Below are positions 37,832 through 47,157 of a stretch of DNA of 60,486 nt, piece after piece; the stretch's first letter is position 1; every line of letters begins with the position of its first letter. This stretch comes from an uncultured virus (IMG/VR IMGVR_UViG_3300025098_000017) (Duplodnaviria; Heunggongvirae; Uroviricota; Caudoviricetes; Kyanoviridae), in the IMG/VR virus record IMGVR_UViG_3300025098_000017; one strand, 5' to 3'. Under the pieces are notes generated by a model. That model had not been told where the DNA came from. It searched no databases and saw only the letters and a program-made list of their open reading frames with translations. The translations under genes were made by a program, and so were the position numbers.

Positions 37832-37860
37832 AGTATAGCACCTTTGGGCGGTGCTGTCAA
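37832..37860 (-). promoter_or_regulatory. sigma70-type promoter TTGACA-N17-TATACT with palindromic spacer
   Basis: Spacer GCACC-GCCCAAA-GGTGC. Confidence 0.75.
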
Positions 37861-37927
37861 CAAAGAGATGCGATTAATTGAGGCACCTTCAATTTGTTGT
37901 AAACCGTAACAATGTACGGTTAGGTAT

Positions 37928-38179
37928 TTATGCACGTTTTCTTTTCCTTTCTTTGATTCGCATTTCTTCTATCTCCTTTCTAATTTTTATCAACTCTTCT
38001 GCCGTTTTTGCCCTTCCTTCATTATAGGATTCCAAATCTAAGGGAACATCAATAATATCATATGCATGTAATAGGGATTCAAACTCATAATCTCCATCAC
38101 CAACTAGGTCTTGAACCTCTTTAGGTAAGTCTTCCCTGTGTATTTTAGGTAACTTCATAGTATTCGTATCCTGTTGCAT
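37928..38179 (-). CDS. hypothetical protein
   Basis: ORF after the large structural gene; start probably at MKLPK. Confidence 0.55.
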   Translation of the reverse strand: MQQDTNTMKLPKIHREDLPKEVQDLVGDGDYEFESLLHAYDIIDVPLDLESYNEGRAKTAEELIKIRKEIEEMRIKERKRKRA

Positions 38180-41156
38180 CTCTGGTAGTCCATATTATAT
38201 TACCATTTCCTGAAGATGTGTCAAGTGAGCTAGCAATAATCACATTCTGCTGACTTGAACCAACTATTCTAAGTTTTGCATTGGCATCATCACCATCGCG
38301 GTCTCGGAAATTAATCCTTTTACCACTGTTCACAACCTCAAATCCTCCAGAATTATCATTAATGTTTGCATTATATGTTCCTGCCTTTGCCGTAGCACTA
38401 GCACTATCATTCCCCGAAGAACTTCCTCCTTGAGTGAACGACAATCCAATACCAGGAATACTATATGTTCCCAGTGCCGTCCCAGCGGTATTTGGGTTAT
38501 CATCCCATTCAAATGTAAATTCTATTACACCACTACCATCTCCTGTAACAACTAAACCACCTTGGTTATTGAATGTTGCATCAACATTACCATTAGTTCC
38601 CTCAATCGTCCATGCAACACCTGCTGGATTCTGTTCCCAATTAATATTTGTTCCATTGGAATTCGTAACATTTAAAGCATTTACTGTCAATGTGTGAGGA
38701 CCAGAACTAAAATTGTTTAACGGGTATTCTATTACAGGTCCTTGGAATCCTGTAGTAGTACCAATAGTTACATCATCTACGACGAATGTTGCAGTATTAT
38801 CTGCATTTGTTCTTAGCACATAATTTCCAGTTGAAGGCACATTAAATGTCCATGATGCACTTTGACTTACTCCTGGACTGGGGTCTGTTGCCGATGACCA
38901 TACAGCATAGGTATTCATAAAATTATTCCATGTATGCCAAGGGAATGAAGGAACCCATGGAGCAGTATTGTCACCACCAATACATTGACCACCCCTACAA
39001 ATTCTTATATACCATCCACCAGGATTCAAAGCCCAGTCATATGCTCCACCAAAGGGGTCTCCATCACCATCAATATATCCAGCAGCACTGTTTGTGCATC
39101 TTACTGTGAATTCTATTATTCCAGCAGATAAATTTCTTTGATGATTGTATGGTGTATTAAGTGCTCCACCTCTAAAAATACCACCCTGGATATCCAATGC
39201 AGGCACAGTTTCTTCTTCAAAGAAAAGTTGTGCAACATCATCACATGCAAACTCAAAATTATATTGATCTGCTTGTGCAATATTAACTCGGTAAGTAACC
39301 TGCTGAACCAAATTTGGCAATGTGCATACTTCTGGATTAACCCAAGCGGCAAGAGCATTGCCACGGTCACTCCAATACGAATCATTTTCTATAGTGTTCT
39401 GTGCTTCTACAGAAACTTCTAAAGAAGCGTTGGTATCTTTCCCGTCCCTATCAAAAAATTTAATTTTTTTGCCATTATTTGTAACTTCATACCCACCACT
39501 ATTATCTTGAATTGTAACTGGGAATGTTGCTCCTGCGGTTACCTCTAAAGATTCTTGTTGAGAACCTTCCTCTTGCCCTGGAGTCTGAATGAATATGAGA
39601 CCATCACTATTTGAAAATGAAATACTTTCAATGGCAAGTCCTGCGTTATCGGGGTCGTCATCCCATTCAAAATTAAATTCCACATTACCAACACCAGAAC
39701 CTGTTATTCTTAAATCCCCATCACGAGTAAACTTTGCCTTAATACCACCTGTAGTATTTGTAATTCTTAAGTCAGCATTACAATCGTCCCCATCACCATC
39801 CTTAAAGCACAGTCTTTGATTGCTATTTTTTACTTCAAATCCACCTTTATTCCCACGAATACTGGCTCGGTAAAGTCCTGAACTCACACCAAACATAGTC
39901 TTATTTTCATCACCATCTTCATCATCTGTATCTCTAGAGAAAACAATACTACCACCAACATCTCCAATAATTACCTGCCCTAAAGCAGTGTCAGCGTCAT
40001 TTGGGTTATCATCCCATTTAAAATTAAATCTTAAGTTTGCTGTACCAGTTCCAGAAGTTTGTAATGAAGTTCCTTGCACACCAATTTTAGAAATACCAAA
40101 AGCATCATATCCATTTGGATGTTGATTTACAGGAACACCATTTTCATCAGCAACATCTTGTAAAGTCTGTTTAATAATAACGTCTACATTATCTTTTCTA
40201 TACTGACTTGGAATATTGGTAGTTATATTTTTCCACCCACCATACTTGTTATCATAGCTATTACCAACCTCATCTCTTGATGGTATAATCTTGTCCTCAT
40301 TACCGTTAGGCCAGACTATATAAAGACCTTCCCCATCAAGGTTTGGTCTCTCTCCACCATTATTATCACTACCAGCAATCGCTTCCAAAACCAGAGTGTC
40401 AAATCCCTTCATGTTAAGAGTGACTGTTGCTAGACGATTGACTTGTGCATTTGAAAATGGAGTCGTACCTGGATTACCAAAAGCAAGATACTTATTACCA
40501 CCACCATTAGGGAAAACAAAACCACCAAATGCACCAGAACCATTGCCCCAGTTTCTTGTAGAAGTTCCATTGACTCGTAAATTGATACTGGGATCTGTTA
40601 TAAGGTAACTCAAAGTTCCTGTAAATGATGCCTGTACATTATTATTACTAATTAAAAATCTTGCCCTTGATGATACAGGAAAGGTGACTGGTGAAGACCG
40701 TTCCCTTGCTGCCATCAATACTCTTTCACCATTAGCAGAAAAGAATGCATTGTTTCTGATATTAATATCAGGGTCAAAAGGAAAACATGCATCGGGTCCT
40801 ATATCAGGAATAAAGAAGTCTTCCTCTAGTCTTAAATCTCTTGTAGACCTATCTCCCCAATCATAACATTCTGCTTGAGGAGCAATACATCTTTCCCAAT
40901 CATCAAAGATTGTATCATTTAACCATTCGTATTTACAATCATAATATGTTCCATCACTACGCCTCTTACATTTAATTCTCTTAATGACAATAGGATTAGT
41001 AGGACCATAATCATCATCACCACCATCAAGTTCGAGCACGACTTCACGGTCATCTGGTTCTACTAATGCCCCTCTTCCGTCAAGGGCAATATCTGCCTCT
41101 GGTCTGATGACATCACAAACAGGACCAAATATTCCTTCAGGATAATAAAATGCCAT
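38145..41156 (-). CDS. large virion-associated protein with repeated beta-sandwich (PA14-like) modules
   Basis: Three copies of F.F.WDD.P..A..A...; YNFEFACDD / Y.L...ADN.A.F.VD PA14-like motifs; late promoter upstream. Confidence 0.6.
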   Translation of the reverse strand: MAFYYPEGIFGPVCDVIRPEADIALDGRGALVEPDDREVVLELDGGDDDYGPTNPIVIKRIKCKRRSDGTYYDCKYEWLNDTIFDDWERCIAPQAECYDWGDRSTRDLRLEEDFFIPDIGPDACFPFDPDINIRNNAFFSANGERVLMAARERSSPVTFPVSSRARFLISNNNVQASFTGTLSYLITDPSINLRVNGTSTRNWGNGSGAFGGFVFPNGGGNKYLAFGNPGTTPFSNAQVNRLATVTLNMKGFDTLVLEAIAGSDNNGGERPNLDGEGLYIVWPNGNEDKIIPSRDEVGNSYDNKYGGWKNITTNIPSQYRKDNVDVIIKQTLQDVADENGVPVNQHPNGYDAFGISKIGVQGTSLQTSGTGTANLRFNFKWDDNPNDADTALGQVIIGDVGGSIVFSRDTDDEDGDENKTMFGVSSGLYRASIRGNKGGFEVKNSNQRLCFKDGDGDDCNADLRITNTTGGIKAKFTRDGDLRITGSGVGNVEFNFEWDDDPDNAGLAIESISFSNSDGLIFIQTPGQEEGSQQESLEVTAGATFPVTIQDNSGGYEVTNNGKKIKFFDRDGKDTNASLEVSVEAQNTIENDSYWSDRGNALAAWVNPEVCTLPNLVQQVTYRVNIAQADQYNFEFACDDVAQLFFEEETVPALDIQGGIFRGGALNTPYNHQRNLSAGIIEFTVRCTNSAAGYIDGDGDPFGGAYDWALNPGGWYIRICRGGQCIGGDNTAPWVPSFPWHTWNNFMNTYAVWSSATDPSPGVSQSASWTFNVPSTGNYVLRTNADNTATFVVDDVTIGTTTGFQGPVIEYPLNNFSSGPHTLTVNALNVTNSNGTNINWEQNPAGVAWTIEGTNGNVDATFNNQGGLVVTGDGSGVIEFTFEWDDNPNTAGTALGTYSIPGIGLSFTQGGSSSGNDSASATAKAGTYNANINDNSGGFEVVNSGKRINFRDRDGDDANAKLRIVGSSQQNVIIASSLDTSSGNGNIIWTTRDATGYEYYEVT

Positions 41157-41157
41157 T

Positions 41158-41189
41158 AAAAAAGAGGAGTCTTATCTCCTCTATTTATT
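41158..41189 (-). terminator. terminator after purM, preceded by late motif AATAAATA
   Basis: AATAAATA-GAGGAG-ATAAGA-CTCCTC-TTTTTT-A-ATG. Confidence 0.65.
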
Positions 41190-41193
41190 TTAA

Positions 41194-42117
41194 TTACCGA
41201 ACCTCTCCAATCACCCATGATCCCAGACCTGTGGCAGCAATCAAAGTTTGAGTGTGCTCTACCACGTCTGGTGGCACAACTAAACAGAATCCAATACCTA
41301 GATTAAATACATTACGCATCTCCTCCTCAACAATCTCTCCTGCCTGTTGGATCTTGTTGAAGAGTTCTGGTCTCTCCCAAGCAGAGTAATCAACATCAAC
41401 AGTCAGACCCTTTGGAAGGCACCTAGGAAGGTTCTCGGGGATACCACCACCAGTGATATGTGCCATGCCTAGGATAGGAACTTCATCCAACAGGTGCTGA
41501 ATGAGACGGGCATAGATGGTGGTAGGTCTAAGCAACTCAGGCATCTCTTTGTAGAAGATTTTATTTCTCCACAGCATATCATTGATAAGAGTGTATCCAT
41601 TACTATGAATACCACTACTCTCAAGACCAATGACTACATCACCTGCTCTGATATTACTACCATCAACAATATCATTCTTTTCTACAATACCAGTGCAGAA
41701 ACCAGCAAGGTCATAGTCAGTTGCTCTGTAATGTTCTGCTGTTTCTCCACCTAGGAGTTCCATTCCTGCCATGGCACAACCAGTAGCAATTCCATGTACA
41801 ATGTCACTGACATTAGCATCAAGTGATTTGGCAGAGACATAATCTAGAAAATATAATGGTTTAGCGCCAGAACATATAACGTCATTGACGCACATAGCAA
41901 CGAGATCCTGACCAATAGTGGAGTAATCACGGGCAATCCTACAGATATTAATTTTAGTTCCAACACCATCAGCACCAGATATAAGTACAGGTTTTTCGTA
42001 TCCTGATGGGACCTCCATCATTCCACTGAACCCACCAATCTTAGGTGCCAATACTCTTAGATACTCTACAAAGGAACGTCCCTTGATAATGTCAACGCCA
42101 GAAGTTTTGTAATCCAT
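41194..42117 (-). CDS. purM: phosphoribosylformylglycinamidine cyclo-ligase (AIR synthase)
   Basis: Y..SGVDI, DGVGTK, DLVAMCVND, PLYFLDY, GGETAE, SSGIHSNGY, HITGGG. Confidence 0.95.
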   Translation of the reverse strand: MDYKTSGVDIIKGRSFVEYLRVLAPKIGGFSGMMEVPSGYEKPVLISGADGVGTKINICRIARDYSTIGQDLVAMCVNDVICSGAKPLYFLDYVSAKSLDANVSDIVHGIATGCAMAGMELLGGETAEHYRATDYDLAGFCTGIVEKNDIVDGSNIRAGDVVIGLESSGIHSNGYTLINDMLWRNKIFYKEMPELLRPTTIYARLIQHLLDEVPILGMAHITGGGIPENLPRCLPKGLTVDVDYSAWERPELFNKIQQAGEIVEEEMRNVFNLGIGFCLVVPPDVVEHTQTLIAATGLGSWVIGEVR

Positions 42118-42314
42118 TAGTCTCTACCTAAGCGAATGTATAATGTAATGAGTGATTGTGAGATTAAATCACAAGAATATGTGAATCCAATTTGGTCTTC
42201 TTTGTCCCAGTGTTCTCTTTGACTTCTAAGGAGTGCAGAAAACTCTTTGATCTTAGACCGCATTTCTTCTTTTGATAACTTATCCAATGATTTCTCCTTT
42301 GATAATACCGTCAA
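42117..42314 (-). CDS. hypothetical protein
   Basis: TAATG coupling to purM; start uncertain. Confidence 0.5.
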   Translation of the reverse strand: MTVLSKEKSLDKLSKEEMRSKIKEFSALLRSQREHWDKEDQIGFTYSCDLISQSLITLYIRLGRD

Positions 42315-42552
42315 GGCGCTTTAGTTTCCATACAATGTAGTCCATGGTAGGGACACACTGGGGATTCCACCCAGCAAAAGTAGTGTGTTCTCCACTTGGA
42401 ATCTGCCAACAGGGAGCATCATCACTCTCAAGATTTAATGACTCACGATATGCTTCGTCACCAAGTAGAACACATGCTCTCTCTGCTTGATTCAAACTAC
42501 CGAAGCAAGCAAATCCATTCTTCTTAATCTCCTCAGGGATTTCGTGTTTCAT
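42280..42552 (-). CDS. hypothetical protein
   Basis: ATGA coupling to the purC stop. Confidence 0.6.
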   Translation of the reverse strand: MKHEIPEEIKKNGFACFGSLNQAERACVLLGDEAYRESLNLESDDAPCWQIPSGEHTTFAGWNPQCVPTMDYIVWKLKRLDGIIKGEIIG

Positions 42553-43247
42553 TGAATAGCAAGTGGTTGTAGTCTATCTAGAATCTCACGATAGGCAGGT
42601 ACAATATCACCCTCATCCTTCCTGAACAAATCCTTATCGAATCTTTCGTTACTACCAATCTTCCATAGTCTCATACTGTCAGGACTAATCTCATCGGCAA
42701 GATACAAATCACCATGAGCATCATATCCATACTCAACTTTAAAATCTACAAGGTCAATGCCAATGATATAAAACATTTGACGGAGATAATCATTAACTCG
42801 TAATGTCATCTCAATAAAAGGTTCTGGGTTATATCCCATCAGACGCACACGGTCTGGTGTCAGGAGAGGGTCATGCTTACTATCATCCTTTAGAAAGAAC
42901 TCAACAATCGGTTGTGGAAGTGGAGCACCTTCTTGAAGAGTTGTCTCACGAACAATAGATCCAGCAGCACGGTTCCTACAAATAACTTCTAGTGGAACAA
43001 TATCTACCTTCTTACAAATCATTTTATTCGCACCAACCATATTAATATAATGAGTTGGGATAAGTTCTTTGGAAAGTTTCTCAAAGATGATAGATGAAAT
43101 GCTGCAACAGAGAGATCCCTTTCCTAAGGGATGGTCAATCATCTCACCGTTACCAGCAGTTACCTTATCATGGTACTCAATGATGACACGATCAGCGTCG
43201 TCACCTTGATACACTGTCTTTACCTTTCCTTCTAAAATTACTTCCAT
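42549..43247 (-). CDS. purC: SAICAR synthetase
   Basis: EGKVK.VY, D.VTAGNG, PLEVICRN.AAGS, LVDFKVEYG, LADEISPDSMRLW, DKD.FR. Confidence 0.96.
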   Translation of the reverse strand: MEVILEGKVKTVYQGDDADRVIIEYHDKVTAGNGEMIDHPLGKGSLCCSISSIIFEKLSKELIPTHYINMVGANKMICKKVDIVPLEVICRNRAAGSIVRETTLQEGAPLPQPIVEFFLKDDSKHDPLLTPDRVRLMGYNPEPFIEMTLRVNDYLRQMFYIIGIDLVDFKVEYGYDAHGDLYLADEISPDSMRLWKIGSNERFDKDLFRKDEGDIVPAYREILDRLQPLAIQ

Positions 43248-43301
43248 AAAAAAGAGGGTGTTTAACCCTCGTAGTATATCATCATTCAGTTTGTTTGTAA
43301 A
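43248..43301 (-). promoter_or_regulatory. promoter TTTACA-N17-TATACT directly followed by hairpin GAGGG/CCCTC plus T6 and the purC ATG
   Basis: Read directly; extended -10 (TGn). Confidence 0.6.
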
Positions 43302-43497
43302 GACTCTCTAGTTTCTCTCTAGACAAATCTACATACATCAACTCGTCACCAGGAGCAGGTGCTTCAGGATGCTTTGGTTTAGGTGGAGTTCTCATCTCTA
43401 TGTTAATAGATTGAATGTTACTCCACATCATTGCAAAGGCAGCACCACCAATGGCAGCGAAGCATACAAAGTATAGCAGGAGCTCAAAGTTATTCAT
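43282..43497 (-). CDS. DUF2973-like small membrane protein
   Basis: TM helix, AF.MMW.N, HPE...G.ELMYV. Confidence 0.6.
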   Translation of the reverse strand: MNNFELLLYFVCFAAIGGAAFAMMWSNIQSINIEMRTPPKPKHPEAPAPGDELMYVDLSREKLESLYKQTE

Positions 43498-43711
43498 GAT
43501 TACTAAAGTAATTTTCAATAACATCAATACGCTCTTGTTCATGAGCGATGATATCTAGTTGTTCCTGAATAGCAGCAAGCACATCAGGGTGCTCACCAAT
43601 ACCAACAGGGTTGTGTAGATAAACTTCTACGTTTGCTTTTGCTTTGGCGATGTTACCACTAGCATCAGCAAGTAAAGCATCCAACATTTTGACGCGAAGA
43701 TTGCAAGACAT
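43490..43711 (-). CDS. conserved hypothetical phage protein
   Basis: NVEVYL.NPVGIGEHPD...AI..QLD. Confidence 0.7.
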   Translation of the reverse strand: MSCNLRVKMLDALLADASGNIAKAKANVEVYLHNPVGIGEHPDVLAAIQEQLDIIAHEQERIDVIENYFSNHE

Positions 43712-43791
43712 AGTAATTTAAGATTTGTTTTATGAAGTGAAGCGTTAACCTTTAATTAATCGCTTCACTATTTAAGTTTAGAGTCTAAGTT

Positions 43792-43911
43792 TTAATTAGA
43801 ATACGATGGGACCATCATACCACCATCTTGATCATCATCATCGTCAGGATTCTGAGCGACAAAGAATAAGATGAGTAGTGCAATCCACATTAAAACATAT
43901 TCAAAGTGCAT
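43792..43911 (-). CDS. small membrane peptide (39 aa, ...NPDDDDDQDGGMMVPSYSN)
   Basis: Translated by hand; TM helix plus DDDD-x-xGGMM-x-P tail. Confidence 0.6.
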   Translation of the reverse strand: MHFEYVLMWIALLILFFVAQNPDDDDDQDGGMMVPSYSN

Positions 43912-43913
43912 AG

Positions 43914-44159
43914 TTATGCCTCTTGAAGAGATTGAACTGTGTTGTGAAGTTCTCCAATGTCAAGGAGACCTTCTGCACTGAACCATGGGGCATTCGCCCA
44001 ACTAAATCCTTCACCAAAGGTGTTATCGGGTGCTGTGATGTACCAATGACATGCTGTGTCAGGTACATCTACGGCACACTTAGACCAATCATCCTGCCAC
44101 TGTGGGACTTGCACCCACATCAATGCAGCAAACATAAAAGTGAAGAGTGATTTAATCAC
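43914..44159 (-). CDS. conserved hypothetical cyanophage protein
   Basis: WVQVPQW.DDWS.CAVDVPD..CHWY..APDN; GTGA overlap with the psbD stop. Confidence 0.65.
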   Translation of the reverse strand: MIKSLFTFMFAALMWVQVPQWQDDWSKCAVDVPDTACHWYITAPDNTFGEGFSWANAPWFSAEGLLDIGELHNTVQSLQEA

Positions 44160-45211
44160 AGTGCATTACCTCGTGGCAATACTTCTTCAGGGAAGATAAA
44201 GTTCTCATGCGGTTGGTCAGCAGGTGCCAACCATGCACGTAGTCCTTCGTTCAATAAGATGTTCTTAGTGTAGAACGTCTCGAACTCAGGATCTTCTGCT
44301 GCACGAATCTCTTGACTCACGAAATCGTAAGCACGAAGATTAAGAGCAAGGCCAATAATGCCAATAGAGGATGTCCAAAGACCCATAACAGGCACAAACA
44401 ACATAAAGAAATGAAGCCACCGCTTGTTAGAAAACGCAATGCCGAAGATCTGCGACCAGAAGCGGTTTGCAGTGACCATAGAGTAAGTCTCCTCCTCTTG
44501 AGTTGAATCAAACGCCTTAAAGGTATTTGCTTGTTCTCCGTCTTCATACAGTGTGTTCTCCACAGTAACGCCATGAATGGCACTGAGTAGTGCTCCTCCC
44601 AGTATACCAGCAACTCCCATCATATGGAAGGGGTTCAGGGTCCAGTTATGAAATCCTTGAAGGAACAACAAGAATCTGAAGATTGCTGCCACCCCAAAGG
44701 ACGGAGCGAAAAACCAACTGGACTGACCCAATGGGTAGATAAGGAAGACGCTGACAAAAACAGCAATAGGACCAGAGAACGCAATAGCATTGTAGGGACG
44801 GATACCGATGAGACGTGCCAGTTCAAACTGACGGAGCATGAATCCAATTAGGGCGAAGGCACCATGGAGTGCCACAAAATTCCAGAGTCCCCCAAGTTGG
44901 ACCCACCTGACGAAATCCCCTTGAGCCTCAGGACCCCAGAGAAGAAGAAGAGAATGACCCATAGCGTCAGCTGGAGTGCTAACTGACGCTGTAAGAAAGT
45001 TTGCACCCTCAAGATAGGAACTAGCGAGACCATGGGTATACCAGCTCGTAGCGAAAGTTGTGCCAGTAAGCCAACCGCCAATAGCAAGATAAGCAGTGGG
45101 AAGAAGAAGTAATCCAGACCAGCCAACAAAAACGAAACGATCCCGTTTAAGCCAGTCGTCGAGTATGTCAAACCATCCTCTCTTCGGAGGACTCAGTGTT
45201 GTTGTCGTCAT
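44156..45211 (-). CDS. psbD: photosystem II D2 protein
   Basis: [20 protein letters not shown]...[10 protein letters not shown]. Confidence 0.99.
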   Translation of the reverse strand: MTTTTLSPPKRGWFDILDDWLKRDRFVFVGWSGLLLLPTAYLAIGGWLTGTTFATSWYTHGLASSYLEGANFLTASVSTPADAMGHSLLLLWGPEAQGDFVRWVQLGGLWNFVALHGAFALIGFMLRQFELARLIGIRPYNAIAFSGPIAVFVSVFLIYPLGQSSWFFAPSFGVAAIFRFLLFLQGFHNWTLNPFHMMGVAGILGGALLSAIHGVTVENTLYEDGEQANTFKAFDSTQEEETYSMVTANRFWSQIFGIAFSNKRWLHFFMLFVPVMGLWTSSIGIIGLALNLRAYDFVSQEIRAAEDPEFETFYTKNILLNEGLRAWLAPADQPHENFIFPEEVLPRGNAL

Positions 45212-45282
45212 TTTTTGTTTCCTTGTTTACTTTTTTAAAATCTTTTAACCAATAGAGTTGAGGCCAAGTGTCCATGACTATC

Positions 45283-45510
45283 TCAGCCAATTTCCAAGAA
45301 GAATTTTGATTGATCAACGGGTTTCTTAGGCGATGGGTCGTAGATAGATGAATCACCATAAGTTTTATGATCTTTATAACCTACCATACGACCTTTCGTA
45401 TTCTGAATGGCACCCATCATAGCAATGATGAGAAAGATGGCAGGAGGACCGATGATGAGAGCACCACCGATAACGTAGTAAGTAAGCAGTTCGGCAATAG
45501 AAGTTTCCAT
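45283..45510 (-). CDS. hypothetical single-pass membrane protein
   Basis: TGATG-coupled to petF; hydrophobic N-terminal helix. Confidence 0.6.
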   Translation of the reverse strand: METSIAELLTYYVIGGALIIGPPAIFLIIAMMGAIQNTKGRMVGYKDHKTYGDSSIYDPSPKKPVDQSKFFLEIG

Positions 45511-45800
45511 CAGTACAGATTCTCCTCTTGCTCAGTTTGAATCACACAATCGCTAGTAGGATAAGAGACGCATGTCAAAAGGAATCCAGATTCAATCTGG
45601 TCATCATCCAAGAAGGACTGGTCAGACTGGTCTACTGTACCTGAAATGATTTTACCTGCACAGGAAGAACAAGCACCAGCACGACAAGAATAGTTAATAT
45701 CAACTCCTGCCTCTTCTGCTGCGTCTAAAATGTACTGGTCTGATTCACATTGAACAACTTGGTTACCTTCACTTGTTTGTAGAGTAATACTAAAAGACAT
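45510..45800 (-). CDS. petF: plant-type [2Fe-2S] ferredoxin
   Basis: [35 protein letters not shown]. Confidence 0.97.
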   Translation of the reverse strand: MSFSITLQTSEGNQVVQCESDQYILDAAEEAGVDINYSCRAGACSSCAGKIISGTVDQSDQSFLDDDQIESGFLLTCVSYPTSDCVIQTEQEENLY

Positions 45801-45820
45801 AAAACTTAATAATAATGTTG

Positions 45821-45847
45821 AAAAGAAAAGGACCCCGAAGGGTCCTT
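45821..45847 (-). terminator. rho-independent terminator after psbA
   Basis: AAGGACCC-TTCG-GGGTCCTT followed by TTCTTTT. Confidence 0.85.
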
Positions 45848-45850
45848 CAT

Positions 45851-45879
45851 ATTATACCATGTTTGGTATCAACCGACAA
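45851..45879 (-). promoter_or_regulatory. sigma70-type promoter TTGTCG-N17-TATAAT (extended -10) for petF
   Basis: Overlaps the psbA stop; predicted start falls in the terminator 5' arm. Confidence 0.6.
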
Positions 45880-46945
45880 CTGGTGCGGTGAGAGCAACAG
45901 GAGTTGACTCAGCAGCAGCGAGGTCGAGAGGGAAGTTATGAGCGTTGCGCTCATGCATTACTTCCATACCAAGACCAGCACGATTCAGTACGTCTGCCCA
46001 GGTGTTCAGTACACGTCCTTGACCATCGAGGATGGACTGGTTGAAGTTGAAACCGTTGAGGTTGAATGCCATGGTGCTAACACCAAGAGCAGTGAACCAG
46101 ATTCCGACTACAGGCCATGCTGCCAGGAAGAAGTGAAGTGAACGGGAGTTGTTGAATGATGCATATTGGAAGATCAAACGACCGAAGTAACCATGGGCTG
46201 CGACGATGTTGTATGTCTCTTCTTCTTGACCGAACTTATAACCATAGTTCTGTGACTCTGTTTCAGTCGTTTCACGAACGAGTGAGGAAGTAACGAGACT
46301 TCCGTGCATAGCAGAGAACAAAGATCCACCGAATACCCCAGCAACGCCGAGCATGTGGAACGGATGCATAAGGATATTGTGTTCTGCTTGGAATACAAGC
46401 ATGTAGTTAAAAGTACCAGAGATACCAAGAGGCATAGCATCGGAGAAAGAACCTTGACCGAAAGGATATACGAGGAATACAGCAGATGCTGCAGCGACTG
46501 GAGCAGAATATGCTACACAGATCCAGGGGCGCATACCTAAGCGGTATGAAAGTTCCCACTCACGTCCCATATAGGCATAGATGCCGATGAGGAAGTGGAA
46601 TACTACGAGTTGGAAAGGACCACCGTTATACAGCCACTCATCAAGTGATGCGGCTTCCCAGATGGGATAGAAGTGAAGACCAATTGCGTTGGAAGATGGT
46701 ACAACTGCACCAGAGATGATGTTGTTACCATACATGAGTGAACCAGCGACGGGTTCACGGATGCCGTCGATGTCCACAGGGGGAGCAGCGACGAAGGCGA
46801 CGATGAAACAGATGGTTGCTGCCAACAGAGTTGGAATCATCAGTACGCCGAACCAACCGACATAGAGGCGGTTATTGGTAGAAGTTACCCACTCGCAGAA
46901 TGATTCCCACGAAGAGGTTGATTGTTGCCTTGAAAGTGTTGCCAT
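45869..46945 (-). CDS. psbA: photosystem II D1 protein
   Basis: [15 protein letters not shown]...[13 protein letters not shown]; uninterrupted, no intron. Confidence 0.99.
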   Translation of the reverse strand: MATLSRQQSTSSWESFCEWVTSTNNRLYVGWFGVLMIPTLLAATICFIVAFVAAPPVDIDGIREPVAGSLMYGNNIISGAVVPSSNAIGLHFYPIWEAASLDEWLYNGGPFQLVVFHFLIGIYAYMGREWELSYRLGMRPWICVAYSAPVAAASAVFLVYPFGQGSFSDAMPLGISGTFNYMLVFQAEHNILMHPFHMLGVAGVFGGSLFSAMHGSLVTSSLVRETTETESQNYGYKFGQEEETYNIVAAHGYFGRLIFQYASFNNSRSLHFFLAAWPVVGIWFTALGVSTMAFNLNGFNFNQSILDGQGRVLNTWADVLNRAGLGMEVMHERNAHNFPLDLAAAESTPVALTAPVVG

Positions 46946-46960
46946 TGTATTGAAAAAAAA

Positions 46961-47053
46961 GTAAGACCATCAGGGAATGGTGGAGTTACTATTCCTCTAC
47001 GCCCTAGGTAGAGGTATGAAAGACGTGTTTAGACACCCTATAGGTCTTGGTTT
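46961..47053 (-). ncRNA. PhotoRC-II-like structured RNA in the psbA 5' UTR
   Basis: AAGACC...GGTCTT closing stem, CCTCTAC/GTAGAGG and ACCAT/ATGGT arms; position upstream of phage psbA matches the described motif (recalled, not searched). Confidence 0.7.
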
Positions 47054-47110
47054 GAGGAGTGTTACAACGTGTTAAGAAATGTGTTGGTCTCTTAACTTGC
47101 TGATGTATTT

Positions 47111-47139
47111 AGTATAGCAGAGAGTTTGGTTTCCGTCAA
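47111..47139 (-). promoter_or_regulatory. psbA promoter TTGACG-N17-TATACT with overlapping late motif CTAAATA
   Basis: Read directly. Confidence 0.75.
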
Positions 47140-47157
47140 CCCTCAAAAGATGAGCAT

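Noticed and set aside
37756..37935. 59-aa N-terminal extension of the OMP-like ORF
   Set aside because: Spans the promoter and structured leader; the signal peptide begins at ATG 37755
45869..46945. Group I intron or homing endonuclease at psbA
   Set aside because: psbA is a continuous 358-aa ORF and the neighbouring genes are not endonucleases; nrdA, nrdB and thyX also appear uninterrupted
47061..47078. HLR1/RpaB-like direct repeat GTTACAAC-GT-GTTAAGAA in the psbA leader
   Set aside because: Three mismatches to consensus in an AT-rich region; too weak to call without comparative data
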